Below, one piece after another: positions 12,306 to 24,491 of a stretch of DNA of 64,000 nt (position 1 is the stretch's first letter; every line of letters starts with the position of its first letter). Both the position numbers and the translations under genes were made by a program. The notes beneath the pieces were generated by a model. The model ran no database searches. It was not told the DNA's origin and saw only the letters and a program-made list of their open reading frames with translations. Source of the DNA: Eledone cirrhosa (lineage: Eukaryota); NCBI GenBank assembly GCA_964016885.1, contig OZ024744.1, positions 53,568,001 to 53,632,000 of the forward strand, written 5' to 3'.

Positions 12306-13401
12306 TGAGGTCACCAGTTGGTGCTACTGGTAACATGTATCCCAGTACAACCTGTCTCATGGTCGGGTCATTGGCGACTAAACTGGCAACCCCACAAAGC
12401 TTTCTTGGTGAGGAGGGTGACTTTGGACATCCTGCAGGACTAAAAACAAAACCTGTCAAAGGGCAAAGGAGCTCTTAAGAGTCAATGGCCATCCAAACTC
12501 ACCGGGAGAGATTACCCCTTAGCCTTTGTCAAGGCAGAATTCTAGGAGAAGGAAAACTCTGATATAACACCTGCAACCCTAATGGTATCCAATGATGTTG
12601 ACTTGTTCTTCTTTTTGGTAAATATTATCTTGGTTAAGAGAGTGGGACTGGCTTTGTGCAGTGCCTTTGCTCACTATAAAAGCTTCACGGCACAGGCGTT
12701 GCTTTATATCTGGAGATCTCTCTGCACTTGTCATCACATGGTACCATGCGCCCAGCACTATGTGTCAATAATTGTCACAAGTGTACTGTTTGTACCAGAG
12801 TTTTAAAGTCGCGGGCTGGACTAAAAAGTCACATTTGTTCAACGCATCGGTAGGAGTTTTCCCACATGGATAAAAAGTAATGGCCGTACTCGAAAACGAG
12901 TTGGCAGTCACCATGTATATATATTATATATATGTATATATATCAAAGGGCAAAGGAGCTCTTAAGAGTCAATGGCCATCCAAAATCACCGGGAGAGATG
13001 ACACATTAGCCTTTGTCAAGGCAGAATTCTAGGAGAAGGAAAACTCTGATATAACACCTGCAACCCTAATGGTATCCAATGATGTTGACTTGTTCTTCTT
13101 TTTGGTAAATATCATCTTGGTTAAAAGTGTGAGACTGGCTTTGTGCAGTGCCTTTGCTCACTATAAAAGCTTCACGACACAGGCATTGCTTTATATATGG
13201 AGATCTCTCTGCACTTGTCGTCACATGGTACCCTGGGCCCAGCACTATGTGTCAATAATTGTCACAAGTGTAGTGTTTGTACCAGAGTTTTCAAGTCGCT
13301 GGCTGGACTAAAAAGTCACACTTGTTCAACGCATCGTTAGGTGTTCTCCTACATGGATATAAATAGTGGCCGCACTCGAAAACGAGTTGGCAGCCACCAT
13401 G
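12305..13401 (+). mobile_element. Two tandem copies of a non-coding RTE-related element (12305-12915 and 5'-truncated 12944-13401)
   Basis: About 455-bp direct repeat offset by 487 bp. Contains ctaggagaaggaaaactctga. Both copies end in tggccgyactcgaaaacgagttggcagycaccatg followed by simple repeat. Confidence 0.7.
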
Positions 13402-13412
13402 TATGTATGTAT

Positions 13413-14238
13413 GTTCTTCTGGTTTTATAATTTCACAAATTAGATACAAGACTCTTTCATTGGAATTTACACATCAACTAGGTAGATATGTATGCATGTC
13501 TACATGCATGTGTACTATGGATGTTATTGTATGTGTGGATGTAGATGTTTTGAGTTGTATGTGTGCATGTGTATATGCTCTGTATCTGTACATGTGTATA
13601 TGCAGTTATTAGATGCAACATTTTTGGAATGTTTTACACATTTTTACAGTTCCATTAATGGATTGTACTTGTAATTTCCTAACTAGTTGTGTTCTTTCTG
13701 TTCCTGTGAAGTCTAGCTTCTCAAGATTTGTATTAAGGCAGTTACTAACATATCCCAGTGCCCCAATAATCACAGGCATAAATCTGAAGGTGTAATCAGG
13801 GTGGAGTATCTGCAGATTTCTCATCAGTTCTGCATAAATATTCCCTTTTCGCTAATCTTTGATATTATATTGGCATCTGCTGGGCAGCTAATTTCCACTA
13901 CTGTGCATGCCTTCTTTTCCCTGTCCCATATCATTATATCTGGTCTGTTCTTCCTACATTTTATTGGGGTTTTTACTGGAACATTCCACCAGTACTCTTT
14001 CATATTATGTATATGTATATCTTCCACATTGCTGTAGCTTTTAATGTGTTTATTATCGGGGCTATCTTTTCTACGGATTGCATCGTTCAGTGTTTTGGCC
14101 ACTACATCATGCCTCATAGGTAGATAGTACCGCGATGACATCTTTGGACAGCTGCTTATGACATGGTGACATCTTCGATGTTAATTCTGCAGTCTGCACT
14201 TGTTATGAAATCAAGGTGTTTTGCCTGCATCTCTATCT
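13413..14238 (-). mobile_element. R4/Dong-like 3' fragment (zinc knuckle, RHD, RLE, 3'UTR) flanked by (TATG)n
   Basis: MSSRYYLPMRHDVVAK, KNRPDIMIWD, VEISCPAD, FMPVIIGALG. (TATG)n at 13402 and 14240. Confidence 0.85.
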
Positions 14239-14499
14239 CTTTTGTGAATCAGGTATTTCGTATGTATGTATGTATGTATGTATGTATGTATGTATGTATG
14301 TATGTATGTATGTATGTATGTATGTATGTATGTATGTGTGTGTATGTGTGTAAGTGTGTATGTATGTATGTGTTTGTATATCTATTTTAATTCTTTTGTA
14401 TATTTCTACTCCCGATCTTTCAATATGTAGGCTGAGTTGTTTCACGACATATGAGTAAGCTATTTTTAGCATTTCTCCCTGCCTACTATTATGATTATT

Positions 14500-14697
14500 T
14501 CGGTGGATTGGCAGTATCGGTAGAGGGTCGGACGCCATGCTTTGACGCATAGAGTTACAGCCCTTCCCATTCTGATTTAAAATCCCGCCGAGGTTAACTT
14601 TGCCTTTCATCCTTACGGGGTCGATAAAATAAAGTACCAGTAATACACTGGGATAATTGCTGGCCTTGTGCCAAAAGTAGAAACAATTATGATTATT
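14500..14697 (+). mobile_element. tRNA-derived Nin-domain SINE with (ATT) tail
   Basis: tggcagtatcggtagag head, gccgaggttaactttgcctttcatcc...gtcgataaaataaagtaccag body, gaaacaattatgattatt tail. Confidence 0.75.
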
Positions 14698-14939
14698 TTC
14701 TTCTTATCATTATTTTCTGTTGTCTTATTATTAAGATAGCCTTCATCCTATGAGGGTTGGTCTCTTTATTTTAGAAGTGTATTACTAAAATTTTATTGTA
14801 ATGCTTAGTTCTATGTTATATTACTTAGTATCAAATTATGTTGTATTCATAAAATTATATTTTAAGAGCGTGCTCTGATATTGGTATTTTCGCAACGAAT
14901 GTTCTTTGAGAGGTTATTGTATAGCAAGTCGATATTTAT

Positions 14940-15165
14940 ATCTGGACATGCTCACCGACATCCAGAGTTGACACTGCACTCAGTGCTCCTGTGGGAGCCC
15001 CTGCATGGACAAACTGGAAGTGGAAGACCGAGGTTAAGATATTTTGATGCCCTAAGAACAGACACAGGTCTCTTGGAGACGCAGGACATGGCAGCGATAA
15101 TGAGGGACAGAGACCGCTGCAGAGGACACGTCCATGGATCTCGGGAATTTTACCCACCCTAGACA
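14940..15165 (+). pseudogene. RTE-like LINE C-terminal fragment
   Basis: GHAHRHPEL..HSVLLWEPLHG..GRPRLRYFDALRTDTGL. Confidence 0.65.
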
Positions 15166-15409
15166 TATATATAAGTGTAACGGGAAGTTACTGTAAGTTC
15201 ACCCAGGTGTGCCTTCGATGATTAAGTTCACGTCAGTAGTGAGGTGTATAGCTAGACAGAGTGTAATATAATAATACAAGGACGATTTGTCAAGCCTTCA
15301 TTACGTTTATTTATTGGTGACGTGCGTTTCGCTATTGATCAGCTTAAGGTTCGATCTGTATCGAATGGCCTGACTCTGAAATCATCCTTGTATTATATAT
15401 ACATATATG

Positions 15410-15475
<66 letters not shown>

Positions 15476-15478
<3 letters not shown>

Positions 15479-15564
15479 CGTAGTAAAAGTTTGGTAGAAA
15501 TATCCAAGGGTAATAGCACTCAGTCCATAGGACGAGTTTAGTATAAATGTCACTGTTGTAATTA

Positions 15565-15615
<51 letters not shown>

Positions 15616-15887
15616 CGAAGGAAATGTGGTAAGGAACCATGTGGATCCTAACGCACCAAAGTACTCAATACATAGGGTCGTAGAGTGGGTAATAGGAACG
15701 AGTAGGACCCCGACGGCTGAGCTCAAGCCGTTTCGACGGCTAATTCTGGACGTCCAGAATTAGCCGTCGAAACGGCTTGAGCTCAGCCGTCGGGGTCCTA
15801 CTCGTTCCTATTACCCACTCTACGACCCTATGTATTGAGTACTTTGGTGCGTTAGGATCCACATGGTTCCTTACCACATTTCCTTCG

Positions 15888-15940
<53 letters not shown>

Positions 15941-16028
15941 TAATTACAACAGTGACATTTATACTAAACTCGTCCTATGGACTGAGTGCTATTACCCTTG
16001 GATATTTCTACCAAACTTTTACTACGGT
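15476..16028. repeat. Spacer-less palindrome (~275-bp arms, centre 15751/15752) made of Penelope pLTR sequence and (TA)n
   Basis: Centre ...ggctaattctggac|gtccagaattagcc... The arms are reverse complements apart from (TA)n length. The inner arm is homologous to 32956-33090. Confidence 0.9.
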
Positions 16029-16559
16029 GTATATATATACATATATATATACATATATATATGTGTGTGTGTGTGTGTAGTACTCAGACATATACGTGTT
16101 ACACTAGTCACATATCAACTCGTCTAACCTGAAGTATATAATCTCAAAGTGCTCAATTCATTTCTAACAATAATTTATAACATTCGGAAAAGCTCACACA
16201 TTATATGTTCTACACCCAATTACATAGCTAAATGGATATCTACAGGTCGGAAACAATTGTTATTATTATTATTATTAGCATCATCATCATCATCATCATT
16301 ATAATAATTAGTATAGGCTGAAGATAGCAGCCAGGGTTGATAGTAACCCATGTTTTACAGCGTTTCCAGGAACAAAAGATCTGAGAATTGGTCAAACCAG
16401 TGTGATCGTGACTAAACCGGCTTTATTGGAATCAACAAATAAATAAATAACCACGACAAAAACAACAATGACGAAACTCATGATGACGACGACGACGATG
16501 ATAATGAGGAGAAGGAGGAAAAGGAAGAGGATTAGGAGCAGGAGGGGGGGGGGGGAATA

Positions 16560-17930
16560 TGAGAGTGATGGTTCTGATAATATGTGATGGTTGTGTATAT
16601 TGTGGTAGTGGTGATTGTGGTAGTGGTGGCGCTGGTGCTGTTGGTGGCGGTGGTGCTGTTGATGATGGTGGTGCTGTTGATGATGGTGGTGCTGTTGGTG
16701 GTGGCGTTGGTGCTGTTGGTGGTGGCGGTGGCGCTATTGTTGTTGATGGTGTTGTTGATGATGGTGGTGGTGGTGGTAGTGCTGTTGTTGTTGATGGTGT
16801 TGTTGATGATGGTGGTGGTGGTTGTGGTGTTGGTGGTTGTGGTGGTGCTGTTGGTGGTGGCGTTGGTGCTGTTGTTGTTGATGGTGTTGTTGATGATGGT
16901 GGTGGTGGTGGTAGTGCTGTTGTTGTTGATGGTGTTGTTGATGATGGTGGTGGTGGTTGTGGTTGTGGTGTTGGTGGTTGTGGTGGTGCTGTTGGTGGTG
17001 GCGTTGGTGCTGTTGTTGTTGATGGTGTTGTTGATGATGGTGGTGGTGGTTGTGGTGTTGGTGGTTGTGGTGGTGCTGTTGTTGGTGGCGTTGGTGCTGT
17101 TGTTGTTGATGGTGTTGTTGATGATGGTGGTGGTGGTTGTGGTGTTGGTGGTTGTGGTGGTGCTTTTGGTGGTGGCGTTGGTGCTGTTGTTGTTGATGGT
17201 GTTGTTGATGGTGGTGGTGGTTGTGGTGTTGGTGGTTGTGGTGGTGGCGTTGGTGCTGTTGTTGTTGATGGTGTTGTTGATGATGGTGTTGTTGATGATG
17301 GTGGTGGTGGTTGTGGTGTTTGTAGTTGTGATGGTGCTGTTGGTGGTGGTGCTGGTGCTGGTGGTGGTGGCGTTGGTGCTGGTGGTGGGGGCATTGGTGG
17401 TGATGGTGTTTGTGGTTGTAGTGTTTGTAGTTGTGGTGGTAATGGTGCGGAGGTGGAGGAGGAGGAGTAATAAGAGGATGACTTTGAAGGTCGTGATAAA
17501 TATTCGTGAAGGTCATGATGGAGGTGTTGTGTGTGAGGTTGTCTCACCAGTATCACCAGTATCACAAACCCCACATCCCCGGTCACCCACATCCACACTA
17601 TTTCCATCGAATGGAACATTATAACCATCACCACCATCATCATCATAACCATCACCATCGTCATCATTATTATCATCATCATCATCTACATCATCATCAT
17701 CACCACCACCATCATCATCATCTTCATCGTCATCATCGTTGTCGTCGTCGTCCTCAACATCGTCACCATCATCACCATCATCATGTTCATCATCATCATC
17801 ATTATCATCATCATCACAATCATCATCTTCAGCCTCATCATCGTTATCGTCGTCCTCAACATCATCATCATCATCACCATCATCCTCATTATCGCCAACC
17901 TCACAATCGCCCTCATCATCATCACAACCA
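16560..17930. repeat. (GGT/GTT/GAT) compound microsatellite with higher-order units, followed by a (CAT/CAC)n block
   Basis: Recurrent gctgttgttgttgatggtgttgttgatgatggtggtggtgg units. Composition switches strand at ~17545-17620. Confidence 0.85.
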
Positions 17931-17987
17931 CTAGAGAATGAGGGTGAATATATATATATGGTTGCTCTACTTGCTAGAAATAACAGT

Positions 17988-18352
17988 AAAAAATGACCTG
18001 AAGACACTTTAAAAGATTATGCTGAGCTTCCGTCGGTCTCGACGACGAGTGTTTCAGTTGTTTGAGGAACGGACCAGCCTGCTCGTGGAGTTATCGTTAT
18101 GTGGATTTGGATTCCACAGACAAGTGTATCATTAATTTAGTTCTAACAGACATCCAATGTGAAACAATGCGTAAGGAAACTCGTCCTCTTGAATTACAGA
18201 TACAACTCATTTTATTTCAAGTAAATGGACAAGTGTAATAGAAATAGAATGTCTTGGTCAAGATCACAAAGTACTAACGTGAACTGAACTCATAACTTCA
18301 TGGACAGCTTATTCAAATTTGTTTGATAACCTTTCTCTATATATTTCTGTTT
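17988..18352 (+). repeat. Left arm of inverted duplication (partner 36461-36826); contains old SINE-like sequence
   Basis: aaaaatgacctgaagacactttaa...ctctatatatttctgttt is the reverse complement of 36461-36826 with few differences. Confidence 0.85.
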
Positions 18353-18427
18353 ATATATATATATATATATATATGTACATATATATATATGTACATATAT
18401 ATATGTACATATATATATGTATCTATA

Positions 18428-18458
<31 letters not shown>

Positions 18459-19019
18459 TAAAGGGGCCTTTTCTGAGAGATTTATTGAAGGCTCTTTGAA
18501 TTAACCTTTAATTGATTAGTTTCTTTCAACTTAGTAGGGAATATCAAAACCTCGTAAGTTTTCTGAAATTTGTTAACGTGATCTCGGGGGAAGAAAGTGT
18601 TTTTCTTTCGAAAAAATGTTTTTTCTATCGAAGGAATTTCTTAGCAAACTTTATATTTTTAGGGAAACTCTATATTTTTATTTTTTTATTTTTTTATTTT
18701 ATTTTATTAGCCTCTTAATTTCTCCTAGTTTATTAGGTTTATTGGAGCCTGTAAGCTTTATGCACTTATTGAGGGATTTTTTAAGGTGCTTCTACGGGAT
18801 CCCAAGTCTTCTAATTTAATCTTTACTTTTAATGCGTAAATTATATATTATCTAATTTTTAACTTTCAATCCCTGACCCCGACAACTAATATAAAAGAGC
18901 CCCCTTAGAATATAGACCCCAACTATACAAGCGAAGCTGCTGATGTATACCACAATTTCAAACTGCTAGTCTTGAGTGATACGTTGATGTAAATAATGAT
19001 CTTACAATCACATGTTATA

Positions 19020-19066
19020 TGCCTTGAAAAGTCCCACCATATGGTCGGACGAAACGGCTGTCGGCA
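19020..19066 (+). ncRNA. Minimal type I hammerhead ribozyme motif, U3-A8 core variant
   Basis: tgcc-TTGAAAA-gtcc(caccatatggtc)ggac-GAAA-cggctg-TC-ggca. Stems I and II pair, and helix III is quasi-palindromic. Confidence 0.75.
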
Positions 19067-19276
19067 ATAAACGTGTTATAATGTCATAATAGTTCCTTTG
19101 TTCTTTTTCACTATTATTTCTGCTCTGCTTACACGCATAGAGCTTAACTAGCTACCGTCACAAATTTGGTAGGTCAGACGTGATCATCGCGATTCACATA
19201 CGACCTACCATACATCTTGCTTATTTAGCTCCCTCCGGTAGAGCTTAACCTTCATTGAAAAACACACCGCCCTGGG

Positions 19277-21879
19277 GTGGCTTTTCAATACACTGACAGT
19301 ATGCTGACAAAGGACCATCATCCGTTATCACTTAAGAATATACCCATACCACCAAGGTGTACTTATGAAAAGCAGCTTATAACCAGCGTTAACTCGTTTG
19401 TAAGGAGAATAAGATGGCGCATATTTCACTTCGATAGGCGCCGTAGCGCCCCACTAGAGAGTCCATCGAATAATAAGTATGGATTTAGGACATTTAGGAG
19501 CCCACCCCATAACCCTCTACTCGATAAATTTGAGAGTGACCTATTGTCTCTCGTCCGGTCTATTAGATATAAAAGGAAAAACCGTAAGCGTAGCGGCTTC
19601 TAAACTAAGTTAGAATCACTAGTTAAATCTTTTAAGGACAGAAATTGTATACTCGTACCCTCGGACAAGACTAGGAATATGTACAACCTGAGTTATGAAG
19701 AATACCGTGGTTTCATATACAATGAGCTACATAAAAACTATAAAAAAATCACTGTAGCCAACCTAGATGAGATTAACAGGGAGGCTAAAGTGATAGTAAC
19801 GAAGCTAGGATTAGAGAAATGCACACAACCTTAAACCCCCCGACAACCAAGGTTCACATTGAAAGATCATAAGGAGGACTTTGCAAGTAGCCCCTCTGTC
19901 AGGCTCATTAGCCCCTCTAAATCTGACATAGGGATTATAAGTAAAAAAATACTACATGAAGTCATACCGAAAGTTAAAGACAGGATTAGCCTGGACCTAT
20001 GGGGAAACACTGCAGAAGTGATAAAGTGGTTTTCAAACATTAGCAACCACAAATCACTACGCTTCATCCAGTTTGATATAGACTCCTACTATACGTCTAT
20101 ATCCCCCATACTACTAAATAAGGCGCTCATGATGGCAATGCGGACGGGCGGACTCACTAGATCCCAGATTGACATAGTCCTTGCCGCTCGTAAAACAATT
20201 ATCACATTTGAGGATGAATTGTGGACGCGCAAGAACACTCGTAACAACTTCGACATCACTATGGGGTCTAGCGACTCAGCGCAGGTGACAGACCTCGTGG
20301 GATTGTACTTGCTCAAGGAGCTCAACGAGCAGCTCCCACACCTCAGAGGTGGGCTATACCGTGACGACGCATTGCTTACTGTGGACTTTAAACGACACAA
20401 CCTAGAAAGAACTAGAAAGGACCTATATAAATTCTTCAAGAATTTTAACCTATCAATAACTATGGATAGAAATAGTAAGGTAGTCAACTTTCTAGATACC
20501 ACACTAGACCTAGATAAGTTAGAATATGCACCCTACCATAAACCTAACGAAAGGCTGACATACGTCAATGCCAGCTCCAACCACCCAGGCTCAGTCCTCA
20601 AAGCAATAGTTAAGGGAGTATCTAGTAGGATTAGCGGACTATCTAGCAGCGTGACCGCATTTGAAGCGAACGCGGAGTATTACAATAAGGCGCTAGCTGG
20701 GTCAGGGCACAAAGATAAACTCCATTATGTTGAGACAGGCGGCACCACCCCACCACTGTAATCACGCATAATATGTCCATGGGAGATGGAGGGAGAGCTA
20801 GAAAGACGAACAGGGACAATAGGAATTTAGCTAGGAACAACAACACTCGCAACGCAGACACGGATAGGGCCCACACGCCTGGTAAGCGCTACGCCGCCCC
20901 AAGCAAGTCCAGCAGTAAAAACGGGGTCCAGAGGCATAGGAGACTCGAGACCAACGCACATACCACTGGGAGCCCAGAAACCACACCTGGTAGAACCCGG
21001 AATAATATAGATGAAGGGAGGGTAAGCAGCATAGGGGATAACAAACGCAGGGGAAGGAATAGAAGACTTGATAGTACCTTCTTTAACCCGCCCTTCAACT
21101 CTAATGTTACTACAGACCTCCCCAAATCTTTTTTCTCTTTAATAGATAAGAACTTCCCCCCAGGTAGTAGGTACGGTAGTGTCATCAATAAGAATACTAT
21201 CAAGCTATCGTACTCAACAACCCCTAATCTGGCCTCTCACCTAGCTAAGACCAATAAGAGTAAGATTAAAGACGGACTTAAGGCCATCCGAAATAGTGAA
21301 CCACGCCAGTACACACGACAACACGGGATCAACCCACTGAGTGAAAGACCCAGGGGGATAACAGGCAATAGAACCGGTCCCACTAGGCAGCCCCGCGGCT
21401 GCTTGGAGGGACATGCACCCCTGATTGAGGAGCATGACCCTATTAAAAAGTGTAATTGCAGAAGGAAGGACAAATGCCCACTAGCTGGACATTGCCTTAT
21501 TAGGAACGTGGTATATGCTTGTAACGTAACCACAGACACGTATACTAAGACGTATGTGGGATCAACCGCTAACCAGTTCAAGACGAGATTCAACGCCCAC
21601 CAGCATTGCTTCCGATATGAGAAGCTTAAAAATACCACGTCGTTAGCGGGGCACATACATAACTTAAAACAAACAAAACCCCCCTACACACTAAGCTGGA
21701 GATGCCTTACTAAAGCTCCTCCATATAGCTCGTTGAGCAGGTTTTGTAGCTTGTGCCTATCTGAATCTCATGCCATAGTATTCTCAGGACTCAACTTGCT
21801 CAACAGGAGATCAGAAATCTTCTCGTCCTGCCCCCATACTATACTTAGCTCTTTCTTTTTCTTCAGACCAGACACATAG
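19277..21879 (+). pseudogene. PLE-1 polyprotein (RT + GIY-YIG endonuclease), two in-frame TAA stops and one frameshift
   Basis: SLKNIPIP, VPSDKTRNMY (read past TAA 19601), KDHK..VRLISP, QFDIDSYY, MGSSDS, GLYRDD, NFLDTTL, FFNPPF, CNCRRKDKCPLAGHC, VVY..YVGST..FKTRFNAH, CSLCLSE. Confidence 0.9.
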
Positions 21880-23187
21880 CCCTGACACCACCTTGTCCCG
21901 CACTTGGCGGCCCCGCTGGCGAACAGGGTACTCTTTAGTAACCCCGGCCGCATTGATGCCTCGGCTCCCCGATTGCCGATGGGGACTCTGGTGAGGAACA
22001 GACGACCCTGTGTCCCACTTGGCAACTTGGGATTGGTGGCAGCATTGTTGCTGGGCACCCTGGGGACAGCTGATGCCTGCGTGTAGGACATTGTGAGTGC
22101 CTGGACTCACGTTGACTAATCTGGGAAGGTGCCGTCGGAGATGTATGTCAACAAACTCGGGAACATGCACAGGGAAACAGTAACAAAACACCCAATATGG
22201 TGGCCGCTCCCTGCCTATAACCAATCAACCTTCCCCCCTCCCCTAGTAAACCCCCGCCCAAATAGATTCCCCTCCCCATTCTCCCCCACTCATTTCTTTT
22301 GAGTTAGTTCTTCTTTATTATTAGTGATTAGTTCTTTACTAATAGGGACTTTTTTGTATTTTACCACAGTTGACTTAATGGGCTTGGAGAGTTGACTCCC
22401 TTGATGTCTGATCACTCGATAAGTTAGGGGTTGTGCCCCTTGAACAGGGGTGTGTCTAGCTGGTCTACCTGCTGTCTGCTACTACCCGAGACTGGACACG
22501 GTCGTAGCCACAGGCCAGCGCGTGCGCGATAGCATAGAATATATATTTTCTGCTAGTCACCCCGTGTAATATGATACCCCAAGTTTCCATGCATGAGATT
22601 CACCGAAGCATGCGCAGTCTTAACCGGGAGATGACATGCGAACTTGAAAATACCACAAGAGAGACCCTTTGGATAGCGTAGACGCCGGACCATACCCACA
22701 AATATATACCCTGATCTGTCTTGAATATACAGGGCTGACGGAATATGGATAACACGACCACCATCTAAGCTGGAACCGACCCATACATCAAACAAAGAGG
22801 GGACAGCCTTTTGCATTTGACCAGTCGCGTGTGGGCTTGGAGTTCGTAGTACACCACCCCAGTCAAATCCACACTGGTTTTTTTACCTATATAGCATTTA
22901 AACCAATACATCCTATGTAGCGAGACCTTGGATTTAGAACCGGCAGGCTGATCTATCGCAAACGCGTGCAACCGCCAAAACTAAAAGATCGAACGGACCA
23001 CACCCAGCAACCACTAGCTATTTGATCCACAGGTACATTTCCCAGAGAGTCCACACAGCTGATAGTGAATCACAGTTGATCTGTGGACTATGAACTTTTA
23101 AACAAGACCAACTGTGCCTGGAGCTATGCAGATGACTACATACGCATAATGGATATCGCGCCCACACGGTCACCAGTACTGTTCATC

Positions 23188-23440
23188 CTGCTGTATGTAT
23201 GTAAATATCCGTGCGCGGGATATCCCTGAGTACATTTTCTTGACCATCAATTGTTAATTGATTGTTTGTTAATTAGGCAGGAATATAACATTAAGTCTGT
23301 GTTAATCCTATGTCTTGCTGTATGTGTGTAAAGTATCCGAGTGCGGGATATCCCTGAGCAAATTTTGCCTGACTGTTAATAGTGTATTGATTACTTGTTA
23401 ATTAGGCAGGAATATATTATTATGTCTTTGTTAATCCTTA
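23188..23440. repeat. 2 x ~127-bp diverged tandem repeat in PLE-1 3' region
   Basis: tgctgtatgt..tatccg..gcgggatatccctgag..ttgttaattaggcaggaatata..tgttaatcct occurs twice. Confidence 0.8.
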
Positions 23441-24364
23441 ATTTTTGATAGTACATTATTAGATTACTGAAGTTACCTTATACCTTCTTAAAAATACATT
23501 TTATAATTATTGTCTTTTTGCTTATGTATTTTCTTATTTACCACTTTCTTTAATCTTGCCCAACTTAATAAACTCCTTGAATTGCTCCCTAATTAAATTA
23601 CTTAAATTACTTAAATTATTGTATCTATTATGTCTAAGTTGTATCTGTTGAAGCAGCCCTTTGAAAATTCCTCGGATATCCCAAATACCGAAATTTTTAA
23701 CTTTTAATTTATAATTTTCCTCAATTCGTTTATATATATCCTTAAGGGCTCTCTAAAATTTTAATTCTTCGAAGGGTCTCTCGAAGGAAGCTCCTATTAA
23801 AAATATTAAAGGGGCCTTTTCTGAGAGATTTATTGAAGGCTCTTTGAATTAACCTTTAATTGATTAGTTTCTTTCAACTTAGTAGGGAATATCAAAACCT
23901 CGTAAGTTTTCTGAAATTTGTTAACGTGATCTCGGGGGAAGAAAGTGTTTTTCTTTCGAAAAAATGTTTTTTCTATCGAAGGAATTTCTTAGCAAACTTT
24001 ATATTTTTAGGGAAACTATATTTTCATTTTTATTTTTTTTATTTTATTTTATTCGCCTCTTAATTTCTACTAGTTTATTAGGTTTATTGGAGCCTGTAAG
24101 CTTTATGCACTTATTGAGGGATTTTTTAAGGTGCTTCTACGGGATCCCAAGTCTTCTAATTTAATCTTTACTTTTAATGCGTAAATTATATATTATCTAA
24201 TTTTTAACTTTCAATCTCTGACCCCGACAACTAATATAAAAGAGCCCCCTTAGAATATAGACCCCAACTATACAAGCGAAGCTGCTGATGTATACCACAA
24301 TTTCAAACTGCTAGTCTTGAGTGATACGTTGATGTAAATAATGATCTTACAATCACATGTTATA

Positions 24365-24411
24365 TGTCTTGAAAAGTCCCACCATATGGTCGGACGAAAC
24401 GGCTGTCGGCA
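24365..24411 (+). ncRNA. Hammerhead motif, 3' pLTR of PLE-1
   Basis: Same as 19020-19066, with a U-G wobble in stem I. Confidence 0.72.
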
Positions 24412-24455
24412 ATAAACTTGTTATAATGTCATAATAGTTCCTTTGTTCTTTTTCA

Positions 24456-24491
<36 letters not shown>

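Larger units (their letters stand above)
18455..24460 (+). mobile_element. Penelope-like element PLE-1 with direct pLTRs (18455-19113, 23803-24460), in (TA)n
   Basis: About 655-bp near-identical direct repeats, each with a hammerhead motif and AATAAA, enclose RT + GIY-YIG coding sequence. (TA)n on both flanks. Confidence 0.92.

Noticed and set aside
12582-13311. Duplicated 74-80-aa ORFs (MVSNDVDL...) as small genes
   Set aside because: They arise from the tandem repeat unit and show no recognisable motif.
16432-17685. 417-aa Pro/Thr-rich mucin/extensin-like ORF and overlapping His/Val/Gly-rich ORFs
   Set aside because: Stop-free trinucleotide repeat is open in most frames. No domain or splice evidence.
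18455-24460. LTR retrotransposon (long direct terminal repeats)
   Set aside because: No gag, protease, integrase, PBS or TG..CA ends. The RT and GIY-YIG are Penelope-type.
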